NCBI RefSeq assembly: GCF_006345805.1
Contig: NC_043006.1
Coordinates: 16,244,001-16,308,000, forward strand
Origin: Octopus sinensis
Taxonomy: Eukaryota
Length of the DNA: 64,000 bases
Direction of reading: 5' to 3'
Numbering within the stretch: the first letter of the stretch is position 1; each line of letters opens with the position of its first letter. The position numbers were made by a program, and so were the translations under genes. The notes beneath the pieces were generated by a model that ran no database searches, was not told the DNA's origin, and saw only the letters and a program-made list of their open reading frames with translations. Shown one piece after another: positions 1 to 11,870 of the stretch.

Positions 1-142
1 AGGTCGACTTTGCCTTTCATCCTTTCGGGGTCGATTAAATAAGTACCAGTTACGCACTGGGGTCGATATAATCAACTTAATCCGTGTGTCTGTCTTTGTC
101 CTCTCTGTGTTTAGCCCCTTGTGGGTAGTAAAGAAATAGGTT
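1..142 (+). mobile_element. SINE family A, 3' half (cut by window edge)
   Basis: Matches the body and tail of fuller copies at 3753 and 27120 (aggtcgactttgcctttcatcctttcggggtcgat...gtaaagaaatagg). Confidence 0.85.
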
Positions 143-300
143 ATAATTATTATTAAAATTATAATTTAGGGTATCTAAGAGATACCACCACGCTGAAAAT
201 AGCAGCCAAAACATGACTCGAAAACCACATTAAATGTTTATACAGCACCAGGAGAGAAGAGAAAGAGACAAAATAAACTAGCAAAAAAAAATACTAGATA

Positions 301-359
301 ATTCCAGATCCCGGATTTCTGACTCTGCATAAGAAATGCTCGGCCTTCATCAGTGGAAT
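301..359 (-). ncRNA. Type-I hammerhead ribozyme motif in a Penelope-like terminal repeat
   Basis: Minus strand reads AUUCCA CUGAUGA a GGC..GUC a GAA AUCCGGGAU C UGGAAU: 6-bp stem I, canonical core, near-palindromic stem III, AUC cleavage triplet. Flank 142-208 recurs at 1557-1624. Confidence 0.7.
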
Positions 360-390
360 ATACTCAGATAGCACATGAATACAAATATAA

Positions 391-439
<49 letters not shown>

Positions 440-1624
440 GAAATAAGGTTTGAAAATGCAATTTAAAAGATGTGAATTATCACTCTTTGGAAAAAGATTG
501 TCAAAAGTAACATGTATGTAGAAGTTTTGCGTTAATTATGGTTGTTGCAAATTGCCTACATTACATATATACAGTCTTTGGTAACAGGGACATGTTAAGG
601 ACATAAATAAGTTCAACAAGTTCCTTAAAATATTGGGCACAAAAGATTACTACATAAATAATCGTTCTCAAGGACATACTTAAGATAGTTTCCAGAAGGA
701 ATTGATATTGGTATTGTATCTGTATATTCAAACATGCACAAAATATTGGTTGACACAGAGTACTATAATCCATATAAATATACATTCTTTGGTGACAACA
801 GTATGTTGAGAATATAAAAAGGTTTAACAAGATCATTGAAATAATGGGCAGAAAAGATTAAAACAAATATATTATACATCTCAAGGTAATTTCCAGGAGG
901 AATTATTAAAAAAAGTTCAGTATACACATACAGAATATGAGTTCAAAAAGATTTACATTATAATAGTAGTGAAGCTAAAACTGACCTGTCCGTTTTAGGA
1001 GGAGAAATGTGGAACTGAAAAGAATGTACTCTTTTTTTCTTGTTTTGTCTCTCCTTCAAGCATCAATGATTTTGGGGTCAGGATGAGATGAGTGTGTGTG
1101 TCTTTGTGTGTATGTGTGTGTGCATACATACATATGTGGTGTGTCTGTGTGTCTGTAAGATCTGGTAGGATGGTGTGTCTGTTTGTCAACCGCGTGTGTG
1201 GTTGTCTTGGTGTTGTGTGTGTGTGTATGTGTGTGGATGGCATATATATACAATATACGAATACTTACATATACGAATGTATACATACATATGCACGTAT
1301 GCACACGACTAGTTTAAATTGCCCGCCTAAAATTCCTCGTGCGATGTGGTCAAAACAACTCCGCAGTGAATATATTGACGAAATAAATATATACCTACCG
1401 TAGAAAGCAGATTCGCACGTCTACATACAAATATTTGCGCGTATAGATCCAAAATAAATATATAAATTTATATAAAATTATATAGATAAGCATAAGAACG
1501 TTATTTAAATACTGATCTTATCAGGTGGCCAGCATGAGAATAAAAACCTTCAAAGGTAATAATTACTATTAAAATTATAATTTAGGGTACCTAAGAGATA
1601 CTACCACGCTGGAAATAGCAGCCA

Positions 1625-2082
1625 TGGCTTGTGCATATCATGGGCTTGTGCATATCTTGATGATTTACTAATCACCGGGCGTTCCGATGATGAACATCAT
1701 ACATTATCTCTCATGCTCGATCGTCTTTATAAAAGCGGATTAAAACTGAAGAAAAATGTGAGTTTTTTGTGATTCTGCTTGTTATCTTGATTACCGACTT
1801 AATAAAGATGGTTTGCAAATTAGAAGTGATAATGTGCAGCCAATAGTGAGTGAAGCTCATTTGTAGAAACGTTATCACATTATCGTCGTCTTTTTACCAA
1901 ATATTTCAACAGTGCAGACACACTTATATTCCTTATTGCATAAAGGTTCCCTTTGGGGTGGAATGTTGAACATCAGAAAGCGTTTGCTACAGCTAAGAAG
2001 CGTTTAATGTTACAATGTGATGCATCTACATCAGGGCTAGGTGCAGCCCTTTGTCTTCAAATGAAGGACGGTAGATTAAGGA
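1625..2082 (+). pseudogene. Degenerate Ty3/Gypsy pol fragment (RT C-terminus plus RNase H start)
   Basis: Translates to AYLDDLLITG (YLDD at 1653-1664), HQKAFATAKKRL and LQCDASTSGLGAAL (2016-2027 CDAS), with frameshifts and deletions. Confidence 0.85.
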
Positions 2083-2246
2083 ACTGACGACATAAAGGAC
2101 AGGTGTAAAGGACTAACGAATTCTCTTTTTTCCTTTTCTTTTCTCTCCTCCTTTCTTTTCTTTCCTCTCTTCATCTTCTTATTCCTTTACTCCTGTCCTC
2201 TGTGTCGTCATTTCATTAATCTATACCATTCTCATTTTCTCTACTT

Positions 2247-2302
2247 GTCTCCGATGACGGAATATCCCATACCCTGGGATGTCCCAGAAACAGCCGTAAG
2301 AC
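2247..2302 (+). ncRNA. Minimal type-I hammerhead-like motif (CCGAUGA core variant)
   Basis: GUCU CCGAUGA c GGAAUAUCCCA-UACCC-UGGGAUGUCCC a GAA ACAGCCGU A AGAC. Stem I GUCU/AGAC, 10-bp stem II, near-palindromic stem III; follows a pyrimidine-rich tract. Confidence 0.55.
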
Positions 2303-2364
2303 TTTGAATTTTTTCTAATAATAATAATGTCTATGACTTGAGATTTTTGCCTTGCTGCAACGTC

Positions 2365-2520
2365 TGTTGTCCTCTTTAACAGTTATATATCCGCTGCATC
2401 GGAAATCTGCAATGGCTCCATAACTACCGTCTCGGCTATAAACTTGGAGCCCTAGTAATCCGTTACAGCATTTACCTAGCGTACCTAATCGTTTAGATCA
2501 CCTGTGAACTAAACCATAAG
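2365..2520 (+). repeat. Dispersed repeat; second copy at about 46270-46415
   Basis: Shared text tcctctttaac..atatccgctgca..ggaaatct..taccgtctc..ttggagccctagtaatccgttacagca..tacctagcgtacctaatcgttta. Confidence 0.75.
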
Positions 2521-2521
2521 A

Positions 2522-2910
2522 TTTTGTATATATGTATATATATATGTGTGTGTCTGTGTGTGTGTATGTGTGTATATATATATGTATATATATGTATGTA
2601 TATATAGATATATGTGTGTATATATATGTATATGTATATATATGTATATATATGTATATATATATGTATATATATATGTATATATATGTATACATATGTA
2701 TATATATGTATATATATACATGTATATATATATATATGTATATATATATGTATGTATATATGTGTGTGTGTATATATATGTATATATATATGTGTGTGTG
2801 TATATATATATATATGTATGTATATATGTATATATATGTATACGCGTATATATGTATATATATGTATATGTATATATGTATATATATGTATATATATATA
2901 TTTATATAAA
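2522..2910. repeat. Compound (TA)n/(TG)n/(TATG)n microsatellite
   Basis: Direct reading; source of several spurious IYIY/MYMC ORFs. Confidence 0.95.
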
Positions 2911-3239
2911 GGAGTAGTATTAATTAATTGTTAATAAATTGTTAATAAATTGTTAATTGTCGAATTTATTAACAATTAATTAATTCTACCCCTTTTTTGA
3001 TGACTATATATATTTATATATATATATATATATGTATTTGCATATATATATATATATGTATATATGTATATGTCTATATGTATATGTATATATATATATG
3101 TATATATATATATGCATATATGCATATATGTATATATGTGTATAAATTATGTTTCGACCAAAGATTTATCCAGGCCATGTCTAACTTAATAGCATCACCT
3201 GATAGGAGTATTTAAATCCTTTTAAGTCAAGTTTTGTAG

Positions 3240-3625
3240 CATCCAAAGCAAGCAGCAGACGATGGCAAATGCAAGGTTTTTTTTATAATATTTTGTAAGT
3301 TACTCTTATAAACAGCTCAGTGATATACACATTTGCTTGCATCTCAAGTCATTAATCAACGGGAATATATTCAAAAATACTTTGTAGTAATTTACCACGC
3401 GGTCCTTCATGTACTATCAAATGCCCTATTGAGGAAATATCTACCTCTAGAAATAAAGTCAGACGCACATGTGTGAAAGCAAAATGCCGAAACAGAACTA
3501 CAGAAATGTATGGGGTTTTGTAAGAACCTGTGTGTGGCAAATGTGCGATAAAGCATTGCGATGAATGTTTCCTTTAAAACTGAAAAGCGTCTTTGCGTCA
3601 ATTGCCGCATTCTGGTTCTTAAAGG
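3240..3625 (+). mobile_element. piggyBac transposon 3' remnant (transposase C-terminus with Cys-rich domain and right end)
   Basis: Translates to SRRWQM..FYNI-like then RRTCVKAKCRNRTTE..C..PVCGKCAIKHCDECFL* (3449-3577, frameshifted). Followed by a gcgtcaattgccgc near-palindrome and a ..ggttcttaaagg terminus. Confidence 0.75.
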
Positions 3626-3752
3626 TATGTAAAAAATCCGGTCCTTCTAGTCTATAGGAACCCATTTGGTTCGCATTTGTTTATCTTCTTTCTTTTTCGT
3701 GTTTATTTTTAATTGAAGCGTATCTATTTTAATTTAATACCTGTGCGTTGTT

Positions 3753-4190
3753 AGGCGGCGAGGTGGCAGAATCGTTAGCACACCGGGCAACATACTTAAC
3801 GGCATTTTGCCCGTCGCGTTCAAATTCCGCCGAGGTTGACTTTGCCTTTCATCCTTTCGGGGTCGATAAATTAAGTACCAGTTACGCACTGGCGTCGATG
3901 TAATCGACTTAATCCCTTTGTCTGTCCTTGTTTGTCTCCTCTGTGTTTAGCCCCTTGTGGGCAATAAAGAAACAAGGATCGTTAGTACACTGGGCAAAGT
4001 ACTTAGCGTAATTTCGCACAGAGTTCAAATACCGCCGAGGTCGACTTTCCCTTTCATCTTCTCGGAGTTCGATAAAACAAGCACCAGAGTTCGATAAAAC
4101 AAGCACTGGGGTCAATGTAATCGACTTCCTCACTTTCCAGAAATTGCTGGCTTTGTGCCAAAATTTTAATCCAATATCTGCATTGCGACT
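3753..4190 (+). mobile_element. SINE family A full copy (3753-3972) plus an adjacent diverged copy
   Basis: tRNA-like head ggcggcgaggtggcagaatcgttagc, B box gttcaaattcc, family tail. Confidence 0.85.
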
Positions 4191-4764
4191 TTGGGATTAA
4201 GTTTATCTGCTTAAACAATGTCATGCTCCCTGGATTCAAAACACGAAATTATTTAAATCAAGTTTACACAACACCACATGAAATAGCTTGCCGGAGGAGA
4301 TGGTGTCTTTACTCATCAAAACTGCCATTCTATTCGCCGATAACCTGAATTATATAATGCAACGTGTTATGAACGTGGAAAGAATTGAATTAATGAAACG
4401 GGGAATAAATTTCTTTATATAGTAGTGTTGCACAAAGAACAACTTTCCGCTATGTAAAACATATGAAGCTGCTTTGTGAGTAAGCATAATTGGGTGGAGA
4501 GGAATTTTATAATTACCCCACACCGACCCAATATATGAATAAAATTCTCTGTTTCCAGTATAAATTAAACAACTCACCTTGTCACCGCCATCTTTAACTC
4601 TTTCCAGCTCCCCAACACTTACTCTCACCCACTTTTTTATAATGTGAAACCTGTTTCGATCCTGTCCCTCATACTCTAACATTTTATCACCTGACAAAGC
4701 TGCCTCGCTCTTTACTATCGCCCCATTCAGTCCATGGGAATTTTAGCCTTGCTAGCTACATGGC

Positions 4765-4975
4765 GACCTCAAGAGTGCTGGTTCCACGAAAAAAGCGTTC
4801 AATATACTCCTTAATTTGGTTAACGCTAGGGAGTGCATCCAGCTGTAGAGATCAAACCAAAACAGACACTGGAGCACGACGCACTCCTCCGACCTGTCAG
4901 ATCTTGTAAAAGCGCCCGACCAATACCAATATGAAAGACAGACATTAAAAGAGGATAATGATGATGACGATGATG
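4765..4975 (+). mobile_element. Diverged retroposon 3' tail ending in (GAT)n (RTE-type tail inferred)
   Basis: Homologous to the minus-strand copy at 29499-29685 (catccagctgtag..., ..acattaaa(a/c)ga tgatga). Confidence 0.55.
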
Positions 4976-4989
4976 TCAACGATGATGTG

Positions 4990-4999
4990 GAGGTGGTGG

Positions 5000-5030
<31 letters not shown>

Positions 5031-5035
5031 GGTGG

Positions 5036-5066
<31 letters not shown>

Positions 5067-5120
5067 GGTGCTGGTGGTGCTGGTTGTCGTCGTCGTCATC
5101 GTGTTGATCGTGGTGGGTGG
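4990..5120. repeat. (GGT)n microsatellite
   Basis: Direct reading; gives the poly-Thr ORF 4752..5099. Confidence 0.95.
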
Positions 5121-5790
5121 TGAATTAATTGAGTCAAAAATATTTTCTTTATTATTTTAATTCCACATTAATAAAACGGTATTTTCTCCTAAAACTGGTA
5201 TCATTAAGAAATCTAAACCGCTTCCCTTAGCCAAACTATAACTACTAATTGATGATTATAATTTGACTTACTATCTAAACACATGGAATAAAGTTATAGA
5301 AATTTAATCCGTATAACACTGAAGCTGTAAATTTATCTTTTGCCTATTTTAAATGAGTAGTGTAAGATTCATAGACTCGTGTTACTATAGCAGAAAGTTC
5401 CGCTTACAGATTCGGCTAACAGTGTAATATAGAACGTCCATGTTACTCGGAATCCAGAAGATCCGATTCGTGAAAATGCTTCATGGGTATATAAAAAACC
5501 ATAGGGTTAAGGGGTATGAGGTAAAAGTAAATTTATTTAACCACAATTTTCATAGGATTATGACCGTGTAGTGTTAATTTCAGTGTGCACACCTATTAAT
5601 GTAAACATGTAGTCATAATTTCTTTCGTAGAAAAATTGATGCTAAATGAAGATGGTACATGCAAAACGGCCGTAAATCTTATGAATTCAAGTGCTTAAAT
5701 ACTTCACCTTTCATACCATAGGACTTCATTCTTTTATTCTTCTGTACATTTCAGCTCAAAGATTATGGCAATGCTGGGGCATTGTTTGGT

Positions 5791-5827
<37 letters not shown>

Positions 5828-5841
5828 CATACATACATACA

Positions 5842-5875
<34 letters not shown>

Positions 5876-6499
5876 CATACATACATATATCAACCAATGT
5901 CCCAACATGACCACAACCACATATATGCAAGTATGTGTATATTCATATGCATGTATTTGTGTACATATATGTGTGTGTGTGCGTATATATATGTATATGT
6001 GTGTGTGTATATATATGTCACTAAAGTGACCGAGGGCACTAGTTAGCATCAGTATTTTTAGACATAAGAGTTTAAACAATTCAGAGCCACAAGAAGTACA
6101 CAAAGTGTGTCAATAGCCAGGTGGAGGAGGTGTCCTCCTGGGGTTACAAGCTACTGTAGCATCCACCATTAAGGGTTAGCCACATTTAAGTGGCAAATAT
6201 ACTTCACGATGTCGTGCAGCTACTGTTTATACCTCGTTCAGAGATTTATCATTGCTTGTTTACACTTTTTCGATATCAGTGACTTTTCGTCACTGAAAAA
6301 AGGATATATATATTTGCAAAGGGGACCCACTTTTCATCGGCAATCGGTGATTGTCACGTGCGTCGTTGAAGTGTTGCTTTTTGCGGAGTTGGAGTTTATG
6401 ATATTGTTGAGTTGCAGAAATTGTTATAAGAAATTTTATTGTTGAAAGTACCATTGCTGTTGAATTTTGAAAATTGTTTTGTGGCTGCCCTTTGTGGGT

Positions 6500-8208
6500 A
6501 TGCAAACAACAAGTTACGCCCAGGCAGCAGGCAAAAGCCTGTCGGCCGACATGTTGCAGCTGAAAGAAGTATTAATTGAGAAGAAAGGTTTGAAGAAATA
6601 CTTCAAAAATTTCAAGAAGGAGGGTGATTGCTTACGGATCACACCGACGGAGGAAGATGCAGAAAAGGCGAGGAAAAAGATTATTGTATATAGAACGTGG
6701 AGTGTGGCCTACAAGAAAATAAAAGTGGCAGGAACAGACGACATTGAGGAATGTCTTACAGAAATTAAAGACAGAACGACCTTCTACGCAAGAGGAAGGA
6801 AGTTCGCCACCGTGGGGGTGCGGTTTGAAAGTGAGGAGGAGGCCAAGAAACACGCTACCATGATATTAAGAACAGCTAGGTGAGTGCTTCTCCCGTCCTA
6901 TTGTGGAAAACGAGCAACCAAGGTGAAAATAGGAAAGGTACCGCCGGAGTTAAAGGTAGAGAGACTTGTAGCAGCTATAATTTATAATTGTAAGGAGGGT
7001 GTGGACATCCTAAAGGTTGAAAAATCGAGAGACGTCAACTGGTGGGGTTGTGTTGTAGAAGCACTGATACATATAACCCTGTCAGATTTGTACAACATTG
7101 CGGAAGAGATAGTGCTCCCCGACGAAACCCGACTGAAAGTTGTGGTGGAGGGGAGACCACCAATATGTTATAACTGTAAAAGAATGGGACATATGCAAGC
7201 ATGGTGTCCCCTAAGAGAAGCGCAGGCAGGAAAGGAAATGTGCAGTGACGCAGCGAGAGCGAAGGAAGAAGAAAAAGAGGAAGAGGAAAAAGTTGAAGAA
7301 AAAACGGCAGAAAGAAAGAGAACAAGGGAGAAGTCACCACCAAAAAGCCCAAAGAAAAGTAAAGTAGGAAATGAAAGAAGAAAGACAACAGCAAGTGGAA
7401 AAAGTACAGAGATTCGAACCCAGGAACTGAAGACAATGGATGGAAGCACTCCGTCGGTTACGACGACGAGGGTTCCGGTTGATCCGAATCAACGGAACAG
7501 CCTGCTCGTGAAATTAACGTGCAAGTGGCTGAGCACTCTACAGACACGTGCACCCTTAACGTAGTTCTCGGGGATATTCAGCGTGACACGGAGAGTGACA
7601 AGGCCGGCCCTTTGAAGTACAGGTACAACAGAAACAGGAAGTAAGAGTGAGAGAAAGTTGTGGTGAAAGAGTACAGCAGGGATCACCACCATCCCTGCCG
7701 GAGCCTCGTGGAGCTTTTAGGTGTTTTCGCTCAATAAACACTCACAACGCCCGGTCTGGGAATCGAAACCGCGATCCTATGACCGCGACTCCGCTGCCCT
7801 AACCATTGGGCCATTGCGCCTCCTGAAGACAATGACAATGAGCGAAGAAGGTAAACCAGAAAAGAGAAATGCGAAGAATGGATGAGGAAGGTGATGGAGA
7901 GAGTAAATCATGTAAAACAAACAGGACGACCTACGGGAGAGAATGTAAGAAGGTTAATTTTTTACGAAAAAATATGGAAACTGAAAAAAGATTACCAAAA
8001 ACAAAAGGACTGATACGAGTGAGTGAAATTAGAAAACGTCATGTTCGAACCAAGCGTTAGAGCGGTGTTAATAGAAAAAGAGAGAATAGGCAAATTGGTA
8101 GAGACATTTAAAGGAAAGATTAAAGTAAGTAAAATAGACGTTCGCTATGATAGCCTGCCCAACGTGATTGGGATGGAGGATGTTATCGAACATATATCTG
8201 ATGGATAA
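6500..8208 (+). pseudogene. Tx1/L1-like ORF1 (gag-like, CCHC zinc knuckle), disrupted; no ORF2 follows
   Basis: ORFs 6467..6883 and 6884..7564 are in one frame, split by a single TGA. MQTTSYAQAAG start; VVVEGRPPICYNCKRMGHMQAWC = CX2CX4HX4C at 7166-7207; Lys/Glu-rich linker; the frame resumes after the SINE and ends ..EHISDG* at 8208. Confidence 0.75.
7439..7822 (-). mobile_element. SINE family C (tRNA-Arg-like head), full length with 12-bp TSD
   Basis: TSD ctgaagacaatg at 7427-7438 and 7823-7834. The head has A box, TCG anticodon-like loop and B box. Confidence 0.92.
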
Positions 8209-8316
8209 GTGGAACAGTTGCAAAATGTATAAACGAAACTGCGAGCTTGGGGGGACTCGTAAAGCCATTCCGTTTCCCATTACACATAACTCATTTCATA
8301 TTCATTATTTGTTATA

Positions 8317-8538
8317 TACTCTTTTACTCTTTTACTTGTTTCAGTCACATTTGACTGCGGCCATGCTGGAGCACCGCCTTTAGTCGAGCAAATCGACCCC
8401 CGGGGACTTATTCTTTGTAAGCCCAGTACTTATTCTATCGGTCTATTTTGACAAACCGCTAAGTTACGGGGACGTAAACACACCAGCATCGGTCGTCAAG
8501 CAATGCTAGGGAGACAAACACACAAACATATACACACA

Positions 8539-8603
<65 letters not shown>

Positions 8604-8769
8604 ATATACAGGCTTCTTTCAGTTTCCGTCTACCAAATCCACTCACAAGGCATTGGTCGGCCCGGGGCTATAGCAGAAGACACTTGCCCAAGATGCCACG
8701 CAGTGGGACTGAACCCAGAACCATGTGGTTGGTAAGCAAGCTACTTACCACACAGCCACTCCAGCGCCT
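8317..8769 (-). mobile_element. SINE family B (tRNA head, CORE-like segment, internal (TA)n, (AGTAAAAG)n tail)
   Basis: Full-length match to the copies at 21551 and 37170. Confidence 0.9.
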
Positions 8770-8862
8770 ATACCCCAAATTTTGTATTGTTTTGTATATA
8801 AATTGTAATGTTCTTTTTATATTCAGGCTACATGCCTATAATAAAGAGAAATCGGTGATTGT

Positions 8863-8907
8863 CACACGCTGATGACGGGTTAATGCCCAGAAACTCGAGT
8901 CCGTGTG
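8863..8907 (+). ncRNA. Minimal type-I hammerhead ribozyme with palindromic stem III
   Basis: CACACG CUGAUGA c GGGU-UAAU-GCCC a GAA ACUCGAGU C CGUGUG. Perfect 6-bp stem I, perfect 8-nt palindrome, GUC cleavage after 8901; AATAAA about 20 nt upstream. Confidence 0.85.
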
Positions 8908-9207
8908 TATCATGTCAGATTGAAGATGGGAAGGATGGCTTCCCTTTGCAAATACTGATAAGGCACAGTATTTGACCGAAGTTATATTAATAGTAGAAAA
9001 CTTGCCCAAGGTGTTACGCAGTGGGGCTGAGCCCGGAACCATGTGACGGAGAAGCAAGCTTCTTAGTACACAGATGCGCCTGCGCCTATGGATAGATGAG
9101 AATCTGGACTATTTTTATTTTTTTTTGCTGAAGGCAGAGCGAAATTAATAATTGATGAGAGATGATCGTTAGAAGAAATTGACGTAAATAAGTATTTTTT
9201 CGTATAT

Positions 9208-9590
9208 GCTTTACTCTTTACTCTTTTACTTCTTTCAGTCATTTGACTGCGGCCATGCTGAAGCACCGCCTTTAGTCGAGCAACTTGACCCCGGGACTTA
9301 TTCTCTTTGTAAGCCCAGTACTTATTCTATCGGTCTCTTTTTGCCGAACCGCTAAGTGACGGGGACATAAACACACCAGCATCGGTTGTCAAGCAATGCT
9401 AGGGAACAAACACAGACACACAAACACACACACATACATATATATACATATATACGACAGGCTTCTTTCAGTTTCCGTCTACCAAATCCACTCACAAGGC
9501 ATTGGTCGGCCCGGGGCTATAGCAGGAGACACTTGCCCAAGTTGCCACGCAGTGGGACTGAACCCGGAACCATGTGGTTGGTTAGCTTTG
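9208..9590 (-). mobile_element. SINE family B, head truncated
   Basis: Sequence match to family B. Confidence 0.88.
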
Positions 9591-9829
9591 CTAACGATTA
9601 GTATATTTCTTTTATCTGTAGGCATGTTGTCGCGTTTATAATTTTCTTATGACAGTATCAGAGTGTGTCAAGGAAAATATTCAACCAACGTGGAACAGAA
9701 ACTGTATCGATGCCTCCGTTTATCATGGATCCCCCTTATTTTAAAGCTCACAAATGTAATTAAGAGCAAATTAATACTGAAGAAATACAGATTGCATTCA
9801 TATGAATATGCGTGTCTGTATATATATAC

Positions 9830-9833
9830 ATGT

Positions 9834-9911
<78 letters not shown>

Positions 9912-10375
9912 ATATATATTATTCATATATATTATATATGTATATATATACATGTATACGTATATACATGTATACATATTTAATTGTGCGTATACATACA
10001 TATATGCATACATACACATATGCATACATACACATATACATGCATGCATACATACATATCTACATACATACATGTATATAGACACATGCATACATACATG
10101 CATGCATGCATACATACATGTTTACATACGTGCATACATACTTTCATACATACATACATACATACATATATGCATACATACGCATATACATACATGCATG
10201 TCTGCATACATACACGCATATATACATGCATGCATACACACATACGTGCATGCATATATACATGCATACATACATGCATACATACATACATACATACATA
10301 CATACATACATGCATGCATACTTTCATGCATACATACATACATGCGTACATACATACGTGTATGCATGCATACAA
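9830..10375. repeat. (TA)n plus degenerate (CATA)n/(CATG)n microsatellite
   Basis: Direct reading. Confidence 0.95.
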
Positions 10376-11169
10376 TACGATCTATTTTATTTCCTGTATA
10401 GGATCACGAATAGGTGTTGTAGTTACGGTACCCGCATTCTTAGATTGGAAAAATATTTCGGTAAATCTCATTAACTTTTCAATAGAATCTGTTGAATGAT
10501 AGTAACGAAGGATGCCCTATCAAATAAAGCTTTAATGCTTCCCAAAGATACGAAACTAAAGAACGTTCTAATACAAAATGGCGGGGAAAAACATAAATTC
10601 TGTCTTTCTTTCTTCTATCTTCTTTTTTTTCTTCTCTTTCACACTTTCCTTGCCATATTATTTCTTAAATTGTTTCTCTGTAACCCTCTTCGTTTATTTT
10701 CTTGTACATTCAAATGCCATTTTTTTCTGTTTTTTTAGTTTCTGTTTGTTGTTATCTGCCTGTTAGATAACATTGAAAAGAGAAAATTAAATGAAACCTT
10801 CTAATCTACGTGCTGTAATCACAAAAAGAAGTGTGGCTGGCCTATATCAATATCAATTCTTCGATGGAAAAACTCATGAAAAGGCACTGTTATGTCAGTT
10901 GCCCCCATGAGTAAAGATCTTACCCAGTAGGCCCTTGCTCATCTTCGTTGAGAGTAAAGAAAGAGAAAGTAGTATTGTTTTGTTTATTTTTTTATCATCT
11001 GCTCAGTGAAGAAAAGGGAAATACCTATAATAACTCTTTCTTATATTTTGGAGGCCTCTAAGACTGATTCGAGGAAGTCTTTAAACAAGAAATCTTTCCC
11101 TGAAGCCCGCAACAGAGTGAATGTGAAACCAAAAAAACCAAGTGTTCAAATGGACACCTACTAAATCTA

Positions 11170-11870
11170 CAGGGTGATTCAAAAGTCTCCATACTTAGTA
11201 AAAATTTATTTTTTTATAAGAAACAGTTTATAAGATCCCCTAGATCCCCTGATCTGACCCCTCTTGATTTCTATCTTTGGGGGCATTTGAAAGGCACGAT
11301 AAAACATAAATCCTTTGAAGGAACGCATGACCAACTCCTTTGCACACGTATCACCAGATGTGCTATTATGAGTTCACAATGAGTGGGATAAACGTATTGC
11401 AATGTGTATTCAAAACAATGGTAATCATATAGTTGTGACCCCCTTCGGTCATGACTGACCGTGGGTTTGCACCTAGAAAGTTACCCTCCCAGGCACAAGT
11501 CTAGGCAAGATTGTTTATGGAAGACCAGCAGTCGCCCATGCATACCGGCCTCCACTCTCCACGCCACCAGTGTTATCCAAGGGAAAGGCAAAGGGGCCGA
11601 TGCAGCTGTCAGACTCATTTCTACTCATTTCTACAGCTGAGTTAACTGGAGCAACGTGAAATAAAGTGTCTTGCTCAAGAACACAACACACAGCCCGGTC
11701 CGGGATTCGAGCTCACAACCTCATGATCGTAAGCTCGACGCTCTAACCACTGAGCCATGCGCCTTCACTAATCATATAGAACCTGTTAAATAAAAAAAAA
11801 CTGCTCTTATAAATTGTTTCTTATAAAAATATAAATTGTTCCTATGTATGGCGACTTTTGAATCACCCTG
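11170..11870 (+). mobile_element. Internally deleted Tc1/mariner-superfamily element with 25-bp TIRs and TA TSD
   Basis: TIR cagggtgattcaaaagtc(t/g)ccatac at 11170 and 11846-11870 (24/25), TA on both sides. Internal PRSPDLTPLDFYLWGHLKG and KRIAMCIQNNGNHIEPV* remnants. Confidence 0.92.
11433..11768 (-). mobile_element. SINE family D nested in the mariner element, 11-bp TSD
   Basis: TSD taatcatatag at 11422-11432 and 11769-11779; head ggcgcatggctcagtggttagagcg..gagctcgaatccc. Confidence 0.92.

Noticed and set aside
2498-3215. Many ORFs of IYIY/MYMC/HTHT type here and at 5.7-6.1, 9.7-10.5, 12.8-13.5, 32, 54.9-55.6 and 62.4-63.1 kb
   Set aside because: Translations of microsatellites; no coding signal.
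4350-4860. Possible minus-strand exon ending at AAG|GTGAGT near 4578
   Set aside because: The upstream part is a retroposon tail and I found no open frame from a credible acceptor.
6876-6888. AG|GTGAGT splice-donor-like site at the ORF1 stop
   Set aside because: The reading frame continues coherently after the TGA, so a nonsense mutation is the simpler explanation.
7745-7822. tRNA-like sequences (A/B boxes, TCG loop) at SINE heads
   Set aside because: They continue into SINE bodies with TSDs and lack a proper acceptor stem; not tRNA genes.
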